Shown: positions 8,759 to 17,881, counted from the first letter of the stretch. The stretch: 64,000 bases of DNA from Candidatus Daviesbacteria bacterium RIFCSPLOWO2_01_FULL_39_23 (GCA_001776935.1 MFDN01000005.1:2505-66504), one strand, 5' to 3'. Numbers and translations: made by a program. The notes: generated by a model not told the origin, from the sequence alone.

Positions 8759-9739
8759 ATGAAAGCAACAGCCATTGCGCCGTCAAACATTGCTTTTACA
8801 AAATATTGGGGCCGCAAGGATGAAACCTTAAGATTGCCTGAAAATGGCAGCATTTGTATGTGTTTAAGCAATCTCCTGACCACTACTACTGTAGAATTTT
8901 CCCAAGGCTACCAGCAAGATGAAGTTACCATCAACGGAGGGGGGCTTGAGGCGGGTGAAGCTAAGCGGATTATCAAACATCTGGATAGAATCAGAAAACC
9001 GGCTGGCATTGACCGGAAAGCCAAAGTGGTATCAAATAATAATTTTCCCACTGGTACAGGTCTTTCTTCATCTGCTTCCGGTTTTGCCGCTTTAACTCTT
9101 GCTGCCAGCAAAGCCGCTGGTTTAGAGCTATCCGAGAAAGAATTATCAATACTGGCCCGCCAGGGCTCCGGCTCAGCTTGCAGATCTATCCCTTCAGGGT
9201 TTGTGGAATGGTTGGATGGAGACACCTCTGAGACTTCCTACGCTATCCAAATCTTCCCTCCTGGCCATTGGGCTATCATAGACATAGTGGCAGTTGTCTC
9301 AGAAGGAAAAAAAGAAGTTCCAACTTCGCAAGGAATGCAAAAAACACATTCTTCTCCATTTATGGCTGTCAGACTTTCCAAAATGAAAGAAAAAAATGAA
9401 AAAGTCAAAAAACTTATCAAAGAAAAAAATTTCAAAGAATTTGGGGAATTACTGGAACAGGAAGCCTTAGAACTTCACACCATTATGCTCACTCAAATTC
9501 CTCCGCTTATTTATTGGACTCCCGGGACTTTAAGGATAATGAAATTAACACCCTTTTGGAGACAGGAAGGAATACCTGTTTATTTTACCATCAATACCGG
9601 ACAGGATATTCACTTAATTTGTGAGTCAAAAAATGTTGAAAAAGTTAAATCCAAATTATCAGGGCTGGATTTTGTCAAAGATATTATTGTTAATGCTCCC
9701 GGAGAAGGCGCCAGACTTTCAAAAACCCACCTTTTTTAA
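8759..9739 (+). CDS. mvd: Diphosphomevalonate decarboxylase
   Basis: 326 aa. AFTKYWGRKDETLRLPENGSICM N-terminus and GTGLSSSASGFAAL GHMP motif. Confidence 0.8.
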   Translation: MKATAIAPSNIAFTKYWGRKDETLRLPENGSICMCLSNLLTTTTVEFSQGYQQDEVTINGGGLEAGEAKRIIKHLDRIRKPAGIDRKAKVVSNNNFPTGTGLSSSASGFAALTLAASKAAGLELSEKELSILARQGSGSACRSIPSGFVEWLDGDTSETSYAIQIFPPGHWAIIDIVAVVSEGKKEVPTSQGMQKTHSSPFMAVRLSKMKEKNEKVKKLIKEKNFKEFGELLEQEALELHTIMLTQIPPLIYWTPGTLRIMKLTPFWRQEGIPVYFTINTGQDIHLICESKNVEKVKSKLSGLDFVKDIIVNAPGEGARLSKTHLF

Positions 9740-10252
9740 AAGTTTCAAACCTTCCAAAGCCCATGGAGAATAGTTTTGCGGATTTTGTTCCATATCAGCA
9801 ACAACCTGCTGTTTATCCACCCATTTACATTCATAAGCTGTGTCCGGATTAAGGTCTATTTCCCCGTTATATTCCCCTACAAGCAAGGCATCATGTTCAT
9901 TTTCGCAATATTCCCCGAATTTGGCAAAATAATTAAAAAATCCCATATTCTTAAGAGGTATTTTTCCCTTAATGCCATACTCAACCTCTAAACTTCTATA
10001 TGTGGCCTCTTCCAAACTCTCACTGGTGCCGTCATTTTTGCGCAAGGGATGAGTTGAAGCTGTAAAATCCCAGATATTGTCAAAAATTTTATGCTTTCTC
10101 CTTTGCAAAAGCACTTGACCTTTGGAATTAAAAAGAAGCACGGTAATGGCCAAATGCCTTTTTCCTTCTCCGCTGTGTCCTGTCTCTTTTGGGATATATC
10201 CCAAAAAACTACCATTATCATCTACTGCTAAAATTGTTTGCCTCTTGCTCAT
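9719..10252 (-). CDS. idi: Isopentenyl-diphosphate isomerase type 1 (Nudix)
   Basis: Nudix-like hydrolase. The track ORF starts at a TTG overlapping the ZIP gene, so the ATG (MSKRQTILAV...) at 10252 is preferred. Confidence 0.65.
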   Translation of the reverse strand: MSKRQTILAVDDNGSFLGYIPKETGHSGEGKRHLAITVLLFNSKGQVLLQRRKHKIFDNIWDFTASTHPLRKNDGTSESLEEATYRSLEVEYGIKGKIPLKNMGFFNYFAKFGEYCENEHDALLVGEYNGEIDLNPDTAYECKWVDKQQVVADMEQNPQNYSPWALEGLKLLKKVGF

Positions 10253-10262
10253 GAGGAAAATT

Positions 10263-11036
10263 TTAAACCCGGCCCTCCAATAAAGATATAACCAAATATA
10301 CAACAAAAACTCCTGAAACAAGCATCACAGTTTCCCAGAAAGCAATTTTTTGGTTCTCCCGCAGATGTATTTCAGGGATCAAATTGGCAACCGCAATATA
10401 GATAAAAAATCCTGAGGTTAAAGCTAAAACTGCCGGCAATAATCCTTGTAAAAAATCTTTTGCCAAATAAGTTAATATTGCACCCCCCAAAGCTGCCGCT
10501 GCGCTGTACAAATTAATCCAAATCACCTTTTTGCGGGGAATTCCTTTATTCAACATCAATCCAAAATCTCCTATCTCCTGCGGGATTTCGTGGGTTGCAA
10601 CAGCCAAAGATGTGACTATTCCCAAAGGGATGCTTACCAGAAAAGTAGCTGCTATAGCCACTCCGTCAATGAAGTTATGCAGGCTGTCGCCAATGATCAA
10701 AAGCGGCACGACTGCTTCTTTGTGTTCATGATCTTTTCCGTGATCATGGTGATTATGATGACTATGGTGATGAATAAATCTTTCCAAAAGAAAAAATATT
10801 AAAATTCCAATTAAAGCCCAAAGGAAAATATTGGCCCCCCTTCCGTCTGCTGCTTCCTGCGCCTCCGGCAAAAGGTCAAAAAATGCGGTCCCAAGTAAAG
10901 TTCCTGCTGCAAAGGATGTTAGAAAATGGGAAATTTTAATGGTGAATTTTTCTTTAATAAGGAGCAAAACTCCCCCAATCAAAGAAACTATGCTTCCTAT
11001 TAAAGTAAAAATAATAATATATCCCAGGGTTTCCAT
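10263..11036 (-). CDS. ZIP family metal transporter (ZupT-like)
   Basis: 257 aa with multiple TM segments. His-rich loop HHHSHHNHHDHGKDHEHKE. HNFxDG-like motif. Confidence 0.8.
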   Translation of the reverse strand: METLGYIIIFTLIGSIVSLIGGVLLLIKEKFTIKISHFLTSFAAGTLLGTAFFDLLPEAQEAADGRGANIFLWALIGILIFFLLERFIHHHSHHNHHDHGKDHEHKEAVVPLLIIGDSLHNFIDGVAIAATFLVSIPLGIVTSLAVATHEIPQEIGDFGLMLNKGIPRKKVIWINLYSAAAALGGAILTYLAKDFLQGLLPAVLALTSGFFIYIAVANLIPEIHLRENQKIAFWETVMLVSGVFVVYLVISLLEGRV

Positions 11037-11102
11037 TCCTCAATGATAGATGCAACTCAGTCGCAATGCAACAGGATTAAAACTGTATAAAGGGGTAAGA
11101 AG

Positions 11103-11918
11103 TTATATTCCTAACGCGCTTTTTATTGCCGGTTCCATGTCTGCATAACTGTATGCGCCGGAAAACGGAGTTGTATTAATATAAAATCCGGGGGTTCCTG
11201 AAATGCCAAGACTTTGGGCAAGCGCTGTATCCTCTGCTAATTTACCGTCATATTTACCGCTGTCAAGACAGGCTTTCATAGCAGCCGGATCAATAGCTTC
11301 TTTCAAAAAGTCCGCAATCTCTCCTGATTTGCTTTTATCATTTTTAACAGCCGTATTTAAAACATCATACCCTTTTGAATTCATCAGTAAATCATGCACT
11401 TCCCAGAATTTACCCTTTTCAAAAGCACAATACATTGCCTTTGTTCCCATTTCTCCATTACCATGACCCGGTGTGTAAATCCAGGCAAAAGATGCTTTAC
11501 CCTCTTTAACCAGCCTTGCTATCTCAGGAACCGGGGCCACATATGTTCCCCCATCAGAAACAAGAGTAAAACGGGAGCCTATTTCTTTATTTAAGGAAGG
11601 ATTTTTTCCGGCGGCCACATGGCAAAACGGACAAGACGGATCAGCTGCTTCTATTACAATCAACTTTTTGTTGGCATCTCCAAATTTAATCAAACTTTTG
11701 GCAAACACATCTTTTACCTGTTCAATCGTGGCTTGCGGTTGCTGAGGCGCTTGCTGTTGCTGCGCAGCCGGTGAAGGCTGAACAGTATTGGTTGTTGTAT
11801 TAGTTGCCTTAGGGCCTATTTTAATTATTCCCCCGCTGATTAACACAGAAACAGCAATCAACGAACATCCTGCAATGATAGCAATCGGGGTAGTTAAAAA
11901 TGGTTTCGGATGCTCCAT
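11103..11918 (-). CDS. DsbA-like thioredoxin-fold protein (thiol:disulfide oxidoreductase)
   Basis: N-terminal TM segment, Q/P-rich linker, CPFC active-site motif, and FxxSLGISGTPGFYIN near the C-terminus. Confidence 0.65.
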   Translation of the reverse strand: MEHPKPFLTTPIAIIAGCSLIAVSVLISGGIIKIGPKATNTTTNTVQPSPAAQQQQAPQQPQATIEQVKDVFAKSLIKFGDANKKLIVIEAADPSCPFCHVAAGKNPSLNKEIGSRFTLVSDGGTYVAPVPEIARLVKEGKASFAWIYTPGHGNGEMGTKAMYCAFEKGKFWEVHDLLMNSKGYDVLNTAVKNDKSKSGEIADFLKEAIDPAAMKACLDSGKYDGKLAEDTALAQSLGISGTPGFYINTTPFSGAYSYADMEPAIKSALGI

Positions 11919-11984
11919 CAGACTTTAAGTCTAAAGATAAAAAGCAGTCTTGTCAATATTTAGAAAGGAGCGAAGTCACAAACT

Positions 11985-12059
11985 AACAAAAAAAATAAAA
12001 CACAAGCGAGTAAGTCTCTACCGTACGAGCGATTTTTTGTAGTGTGACAAGCGACACTT
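11985..12059. other. Conserved intergenic motif (copy 1 of 2)
   Basis: About 60 nt, acgagYaagtctctRccgtRcgagYgRttttttg...gacaag..cact. The second copy lies at 54440-54505 in the equivalent position, directly 3' of a minus-strand gene stop. Confidence 0.6.
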
Positions 12060-12652
12060 TAATTAAACTGCCTTTGAGCAGCTTCTAATCCCTGATCAAA
12101 TATTATTTCAATTGCTTTAAGCGCCTGTTTGATCATAGATTTAACCTCTGATTTATCTTTTGTCAAAAATTCTTCAGTAACAAAGTTTTCTGCGGAAAAA
12201 GAAATTCTCTTGTGCTCGCCACTGTGGGATTTCTCATTTCCTATCCCCAGCCTCACCCTGATAAATTGATCAGTACCAAGCGTATTAATAATTGACTCGA
12301 CTCCGTGATGTCCGGCTCCTGACCCACCCAGCCTTACTTTAATTTTTCCCAAAGGTAAATCCAAATCATCATGGATAATAATCAGATCAGTAGTATGTAT
12401 ATTGTAGTATGCAGTAAGCATCTTTACAGCTAAACCTGAGTTATTCATGTATGTTTGCGGCTTAACAAGGGTTAAGGGTGAAGCGAAAAGGGTAAAGTCT
12501 AGTAATTCAGCCTTAAATTTCTTTTCAAATTTCCAACTTTCGCCTTGCCCCTTTACCTTTTTCCCTAGCTTATCCACCACCACAAACCCCAAATTATGCC
12601 GGGTATTTTTGTATTTTTCACCCGGATTTCCCAAACCTACCACCAGTTTCAT
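12059..12652 (-). CDS. pth: Peptidyl-tRNA hydrolase
   Basis: MKLVVGLGNPGEKYKNTRHNLGF. Full-length Pth family. Confidence 0.88.
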   Translation of the reverse strand: MKLVVGLGNPGEKYKNTRHNLGFVVVDKLGKKVKGQGESWKFEKKFKAELLDFTLFASPLTLVKPQTYMNNSGLAVKMLTAYYNIHTTDLIIIHDDLDLPLGKIKVRLGGSGAGHHGVESIINTLGTDQFIRVRLGIGNEKSHSGEHKRISFSAENFVTEEFLTKDKSEVKSMIKQALKAIEIIFDQGLEAAQRQFN

Positions 12653-13425
12653 TTAAGCGCCTCCAGAATTTGGTTGTGTATTAAACCATTAGAAGCAACA
12701 ATAGACAATCTTTCTTTAGTCCAATCAGGATTATTACCTTCAAAATCTGTCACAACCCCTCCGGCTTCTCTAACTATAACCACACCTGCTGCAAAATCCC
12801 AAATCCAGGCCTGGCAGATATATGCTTCCAGCACACCCTTGCCGACTAACCCCAGCGTTGCAACCCCTGAACCAAACGAGTAAGGATAACCGACTTTATT
12901 TATGAGGGGACTTACATATCTTTCTACTTTCTCCAGTCTTTTATTTTTATGTCCGAAATCCATACTGCAAGCTGCCTCTCCAAGGGTATTTATTTTACTG
13001 ACATGGATTTTTTCTCCATTTAAATAGCTTCCCTTTCCTGCCTCTGCCCAATAAAGCTCATTAAAACTTACAATATTAATAACCCCTAAAACAGGTTTAT
13101 TGTCTTCCAGCAGGCCTATGGAAACAGAATAGTAAGGAACGCCATGCGCAAAAGAAATAGTCCCGTCCATCGGGTCAATCACCCAGGTATATTTGGAATT
13201 TTTACTGATTCTACCGCTTTCTTCTGCAACAATATTATGGTCAGGAAAATCTTTGGTTAAAATACTGATAATTTTTTCCTCTGCCTTCAAATCTGCATCT
13301 GTTGCAAAATCAGTTACATCCCCATATTTAATATTTTTCCGGTAGGTTTGGCTGGAATATTTTTGGATAATTTCCCCTGCCTCTTTAGCAGCCTGTTTTG
13401 CTATTTTTAAAAAATCATTTTCCAT
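12649..13425 (-). CDS. Inositol monophosphatase family protein
   Basis: 258 aa. DPMDGT and metal-binding motifs of the IMPase/SuhB family. Confidence 0.8.
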   Translation of the reverse strand: MENDFLKIAKQAAKEAGEIIQKYSSQTYRKNIKYGDVTDFATDADLKAEEKIISILTKDFPDHNIVAEESGRISKNSKYTWVIDPMDGTISFAHGVPYYSVSIGLLEDNKPVLGVINIVSFNELYWAEAGKGSYLNGEKIHVSKINTLGEAACSMDFGHKNKRLEKVERYVSPLINKVGYPYSFGSGVATLGLVGKGVLEAYICQAWIWDFAAGVVIVREAGGVVTDFEGNNPDWTKERLSIVASNGLIHNQILEALK

Positions 13426-13440
13426 AATCTAGTCAATCTC

Positions 13441-13592
13441 AAAAGCGAGTCGCGAGTCTATCAAAGCAATCTGAAGATTTTATGTGCAGATAATCATCAT
13501 AAAATCTCCACATAGCGAGGCTAGAGAATATTGTAAATGTTACAGATATTACTAGCCGAGCGGTGCTTTGTGACCGCGACGAGCGATCATTA
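13441..13592. repeat. About 150-bp interspersed repeat (copy 2; copy 1 at 3403-3554)
   Basis: High identity to 3403-3554 (gcgagtcgcgagtc...catagcRaggctagaga...ccgagcggtgctttgtgaccgcgacgagcga). Contains the gcggt-gctttgtg-accgc hairpin. Confidence 0.8.
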
Positions 13593-13610
13593 CTTTTGTG
13601 ACGAGCCATC

Positions 13611-14228
13611 TCAATTTAGTAATTGTATCACTTCCTCATCTTCTACAGGCTCAAATTGATAATAAAATTGGCCGACTGATTGGAAATATTCCGGTACTTC
13701 CAACACTATACACTCGCTTGCCTCATTTTGTACCTTTTCCAAAGCCTCTGTACTGGCAACAGGCAAAGCCAAGATCACCTTTGCCTCATGTCTTTTTAGG
13801 AACTTTAAAGCAGCCAAAACTGTTGCGCCGGTAGCCATACCATCATCTACTAAGATGACTGTTTTAGTGTCTATATCAAGAAATTCTTTACCTTGACGAT
13901 AAAGCTCTTCCCGTCTTTTAATCTCCTTTATTTCGTCATCAATTTTCAATTTTAAATTTTCAATTTTCAATTTAAATTGCTTTAGCAAGTCCTGATCCCA
14001 GACTGCTTCTCCCTCAGGGTCAATTGCCCCTAAAGCCAATTCCGGCTGGTCCGGTGCGCCGATTTTTCTGGTAATTAAAACATCCAAAGGTAAATTTGAT
14101 TCTTTGGCAATTTCATAAGCCACCACCACCCCGCCTCTTGGTATTCCTAAAACCAAATCGGCTCGAAAGTCTTTCAATCTGTTAGCTAATAATTTCCCTG
14201 CAGACTGCCTATCTTTGAAAAGCTTCAT
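13611..14228 (-). CDS. Predicted phosphoribosyltransferase
   Basis: 205 aa with VILVDDGMATGAT PRTase motif (COG1926-like). In-frame (aattttc)n heptamer insertion encoding KLKIENLKLKID. Confidence 0.65.
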   Translation of the reverse strand: MKLFKDRQSAGKLLANRLKDFRADLVLGIPRGGVVVAYEIAKESNLPLDVLITRKIGAPDQPELALGAIDPEGEAVWDQDLLKQFKLKIENLKLKIDDEIKEIKRREELYRQGKEFLDIDTKTVILVDDGMATGATVLAALKFLKRHEAKVILALPVASTEALEKVQNEASECIVLEVPEYFQSVGQFYYQFEPVEDEEVIQLLN

Positions 14229-14347
14229 GGATTAAATTAAAAATTAAAATTTAAAGATCAAAATGACATATTAAAATTAAAAATGTTTTCTAAATCTTTA
14301 CATTTTACATTGTCATTTTACATTTTAATTTTTGATATTTGATATTT

Positions 14348-15661
14348 CTAATCAAACAGCCCCAACTGCGGCACTCCTTCTGCTTCTTTAACCGACCCTT
14401 CTCCGTGGTTCCAGATCTTAACTACTCCATACACCCCGTCATACCCCGGATCAATCACCACCTCCCCTTTCCTTACTTTTTCCACCCCCTCTGCCACCCT
14501 GGAATCCGATACTTTTACAATTTCTGCTGTATCAACTTTGGTTAAAATCTTTATTTCCGATCCTAAAACACCAGTTAACTTTTTATATTCATTTAAGACT
14601 TTTTGGGTTGTTGGAGCAGTCCCAAAAGCTTCTGCAATCACTTGCAAAAGCGGCACTAACATTCTATATCCAGCTCTATTTGGAAAAGCTTGAGTTTTAA
14701 TTAACCCTTTGTCATTTGAAATTTGTAATTTGTCATTTCCTCGCGAAGCGAGACTTTCCACCCTTTCCATCACCCCAACAGTTAATCCCCTGCCGCAAAC
14801 AGGGCACTTGGTACCTTTTGCTTTAGTATCTTTTGGTGAGTATTTTACATTGCAATTTCTGTGCCCTGTATAATGGTATTTGCCTTCCTCAGGATGAAAT
14901 TCTATAGTACCGGCAATCTTTTGCTCTTTAATGGCTTCAAATAACCCCAAATACCCTGTTTGCACTTCTCCTCCAATTACTGTTGCTTCTCTGCCTAAAT
15001 TCGGCAAAGAATGTGCATCAGAACAGGATATTATTGACCTTTGATCCAACTCAGAAATTCTCCAGTTCATGGCCGGATCAGAAGAAAGCCCGGTTTCTAC
15101 GCCGTATATATATTCTGTTAAATCCTCAAAGCAGTCCTCCAGGCTGTCATATCCTGACTGGGAACCAAACACCCCAAACCAGGGAGTCCAAATGTGAGCC
15201 GGAATAAAAATAGCTTTTTGGTCTGTCTCAAGACACATCCTTAAAAGCTCTTTGGAAGGGATACCTACAATCGGACGTCCGTCAGAGGATAAATTGGCGT
15301 GTTTAGCAAGCAAAGCTTTTTGCAATTTTTCTGCTGACTCAAATGAGGGCAAAATTATGACATTATGAATCCGGCACCCTGCGCCTTTATGGGAATAAAT
15401 AGAAGCCACTTCCACTGTTAGGACAAACCTGACTTCATTTCCAGCCAGAGGCTGGTCGTCCTTTGGACGAAAGAATCCTGAGCCGTCTTCTTTTAACTGG
15501 CTTTTTAATTCTGCAAGCCAAAGAGGATGCAGAAAATCTCCTGTCCCCAAAACATCAATCCCCTTAAGTTTTGCCCACATGGCTAAATTAGGAACATTTA
15601 ATTGGGGTGAGCAAGCCCGGGAGAATCTGGAGTGAATATGCAAATCTGCAATATACGCCAT
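14348..15661 (-). CDS. PHP-domain nuclease, endonuclease Q-like (TIGR00375 family)
   Basis: N-terminal IADLHIHSRFSRA PHP motif. CPVCGR zinc-finger-like motif. The 437 aa length matches EndoQ. Small in-frame heptamer insertion (NDKLQISNDKG). Confidence 0.55.
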   Translation of the reverse strand: MAYIADLHIHSRFSRACSPQLNVPNLAMWAKLKGIDVLGTGDFLHPLWLAELKSQLKEDGSGFFRPKDDQPLAGNEVRFVLTVEVASIYSHKGAGCRIHNVIILPSFESAEKLQKALLAKHANLSSDGRPIVGIPSKELLRMCLETDQKAIFIPAHIWTPWFGVFGSQSGYDSLEDCFEDLTEYIYGVETGLSSDPAMNWRISELDQRSIISCSDAHSLPNLGREATVIGGEVQTGYLGLFEAIKEQKIAGTIEFHPEEGKYHYTGHRNCNVKYSPKDTKAKGTKCPVCGRGLTVGVMERVESLASRGNDKLQISNDKGLIKTQAFPNRAGYRMLVPLLQVIAEAFGTAPTTQKVLNEYKKLTGVLGSEIKILTKVDTAEIVKVSDSRVAEGVEKVRKGEVVIDPGYDGVYGVVKIWNHGEGSVKEAEGVPQLGLFD

Positions 15662-15692
15662 GGGCTGATTCTATCATACCAGTAAAAAATTA

Positions 15693-15830
15693 TGCGAGGG
15701 GTGGCAGCGAAGAGGGGATCCCGGCGCGTAGCCGGAAGAGCGAAGCGATCGAGGATGCACGACGGGAAGCCGAGCTGACAGGACCCCGAGCACATACTGT
15801 TAATGGTTTTGCGCACCGACGAGCCGCAAA
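15693..15830. repeat. GC-rich interspersed element (intergenic copy)
   Basis: cgaggggtggcagcgaagaggggatcccggcgcgtagccgg...gaggatgcacgacgg...ccgagctgacaggaccccgagc. Homologous to 43501-43642 inside polA. Roughly 60% GC in an AT-rich background. Confidence 0.7.
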
Positions 15831-15834
15831 AAAG

Positions 15835-17673
15835 CTACTTCTTGTATTGCTGCTTATACATCTCTATTAACTCTTTCACAGTTGTTGCATCCTCAGCTTT
15901 TTTGTCCGCTTCCCTAAATTGAACAAGTCTTGGAAATCTCAAAGCATAGCCGGGTTCTGTCTCTGTTTTTCCTGCAGTATGCACCGGCGAACGGGTTATT
16001 TCATCAGCCAATACCTCTATAACAAGTCTTGGCTCCACCCAAACACTGGGAATGATTAAAGAATTCACCCTGGCCGGCTTACTTTTTACTTTTAACTTTT
16101 GACTTTTTACTTCAATACCCCTCCACTCCTCATCAGAGAGTCCTGTGCCGATTTTAGAAACTGTCACAAATTCGTCTTTTTTATCATCATAAACTCCCAC
16201 CAAAAGCGACCCTGCCCCAAATCCCGATCTTTTGCCTTTACCAAAAATATATCCCAAAATTACACAATCTATAGTATCTTTTAATTCCCCTGAAGAATGC
16301 CTTTTTAGTTTAACCCAGTTAAAATTCCTGGCTCCTGCTTCATATTTTGAGTCAGGTCTTTTAACCACCAATCCCTCAAGCCCCAAAGATATTGCCTCAT
16401 CCAAAAGATCCTGCAATCTTTGCGCTTCACTCACCATCTCCCCTTCTTCCACTACTAAAGTGTCTCCATCTGCCACTACAGCTTTTAGCTCTTTTAATCT
16501 TTCAGTAAGCGGTAAATCAATTAAAGATATCCCATCTTTATATAAGATATCAAAACAAAAAGCCCTCAGAGGAATCTTTTTTGTCATTTCTGCGATTCCA
16601 TACTTTCTGCGTCTTTGTGTAGTCTCCTGAAAAGGCAAAAACTCATCCGAAGCAGGGTTATAGCCTATGGCTTCACAATCCAAGATGGCTGATTTTGCTT
16701 TAATTTGTTTTATTGCCCCTTCGGCAATTTCCGGAAACATCGGGGTAGTTTCTTCCAGGTTTCTCGAAAACAATCTTACTGTCTGATGACTGACAGCTGA
16801 CGACTGACGTCTATCTATGTGTATTTGTACCCTAAAACCATCCAATTTTCTTTGGGCATTTACTTCTCCCAGCTTTTCAATTACTGTCTTGCCGGAAGGT
16901 AATCTTTCAGCAAGCTGCGACCGAATCGGCCTGCCTACTTGTATTTCCAGCTTTTCTACAGCTTCCAATCCGCCCTGCCATAAAGTTTCTCCAATTAAGC
17001 CTAAATCAGATACCCTGTTATAGCCTCCCTCTAAAAGTTTACGCTTTGACCTGTCCCCCAGCTTTAATTTGGCAAAAGCATCCAAAATAGTCGGGTCTCC
17101 GATCCCTAAACGGGAAACTCCCAAAGGAATCCTGACTAAATGCTTTGCAGACACCGCATCCATTTGTTTTAATAGTCCTACCAAAAGTTGTTGTTTTTTC
17201 TCTACAGTTCCCTCCCCTGTTGTTTTGGCAATCTGAGTTAGAATATGAAACACCTGACTTACGTTTAATTTGTCATTCCGATCCGCCAGCAACTGCGTAG
17301 CTGTGGGCGGAGAAGAATCTCTAGATTTACTTTTTGAATCTTGAGATCCTTCGCTACGCTCAGGATGACACTTTATATCACTAAGTTGCTGGACTACTAA
17401 TCCCAAATCCCCTACTTTTCCATATTCTTTTAAAACTTCTTCCCTCCCGATGCCGTAGGCTTTGGCAATACTTGCAGCCACTGTTTTTTCTGCCATCCCC
17501 ATTTCCAAAGGTTCATAAAACGGAGCAACTCTGCCTTGAATTAAATAGGAAACTTTGCCAATTTCTTCTGTTTTAATTTCTCTAAACAACTCGGTTAAAA
17601 TATCAATCAATAAAAGCCTTGAGGAAGTTGCTTCTAGTTTTTCAAAATATTCTGCTAGTTTAGAAAATAACAT
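15835..17673 (-). CDS. ATP-dependent DNA ligase (archaeal/eukaryotic type)
   Basis: MLFSKLAEYFEKLEATSSR N-terminus, KLDGFR adenylation motif, and EGLVVK and OB-domain motifs. The track start at 17739 is a GTG inside a MITE, so the ATG at 17673 is preferred. Two in-frame repeat insertions. Confidence 0.85.
   Translation of the reverse strand: MLFSKLAEYFEKLEATSSRLLLIDILTELFREIKTEEIGKVSYLIQGRVAPFYEPLEMGMAEKTVAASIAKAYGIGREEVLKEYGKVGDLGLVVQQLSDIKCHPERSEGSQDSKSKSRDSSPPTATQLLADRNDKLNVSQVFHILTQIAKTTGEGTVEKKQQLLVGLLKQMDAVSAKHLVRIPLGVSRLGIGDPTILDAFAKLKLGDRSKRKLLEGGYNRVSDLGLIGETLWQGGLEAVEKLEIQVGRPIRSQLAERLPSGKTVIEKLGEVNAQRKLDGFRVQIHIDRRQSSAVSHQTVRLFSRNLEETTPMFPEIAEGAIKQIKAKSAILDCEAIGYNPASDEFLPFQETTQRRRKYGIAEMTKKIPLRAFCFDILYKDGISLIDLPLTERLKELKAVVADGDTLVVEEGEMVSEAQRLQDLLDEAISLGLEGLVVKRPDSKYEAGARNFNWVKLKRHSSGELKDTIDCVILGYIFGKGKRSGFGAGSLLVGVYDDKKDEFVTVSKIGTGLSDEEWRGIEVKSQKLKVKSKPARVNSLIIPSVWVEPRLVIEVLADEITRSPVHTAGKTETEPGYALRFPRLVQFREADKKAEDATTVKELIEMYKQQYKK
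17271..17370. mobile_element. MITE-like repeat inserted in-frame in the DNA ligase gene
   Basis: tgtcattccgatccgccagcaactgcgtagctgtgggcggagaagaatctctagat...gagatccttcgctacgctcaggatgaca. Encodes ...SRDSSPPTATQLLADRNDK... Confidence 0.75.
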
Positions 17674-17684
17674 AAAAACCTCTC

Positions 17685-17812
17685 TGTCATTCTGATCCGC
17701 CAGCAACTGCGTAGCTGTGGGCGGAGAAGAACCTCCCACGAATGTGGGTATTAGGTATCCAGAATAAATCTGGAGATCCTTCGTCCCGATTAAATCAGGA
17801 CTCAGGATGACA
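17685..17812. mobile_element. MITE-like repeat immediately upstream of the ligase start codon
   Basis: Same family (tgtcattctgatccgccagcaactgcgtagctgtgggcggagaaga ... ctcaggatgaca). Its end lies 11 nt from the ATG, next to a GAGAGG Shine-Dalgarno-like sequence. Confidence 0.7.
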
Positions 17813-17881
17813 TTTGCGGTATCTGGATTGTATTAAATTCAGAGAGTATTGTAAAATAAATCACAGATACTTTTAACTTAT

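Noticed and set aside
17674-17739. N-terminal 22 aa (MGGSSPPTATQLLADQNDREVF) of the track ORF for DNA ligase
   Set aside because: It is encoded by a MITE copy and begins at a GTG. The canonical ligase N-terminus MLFSKLAEYFEKLE starts at the ATG at 17673. The longer form cannot be fully excluded.
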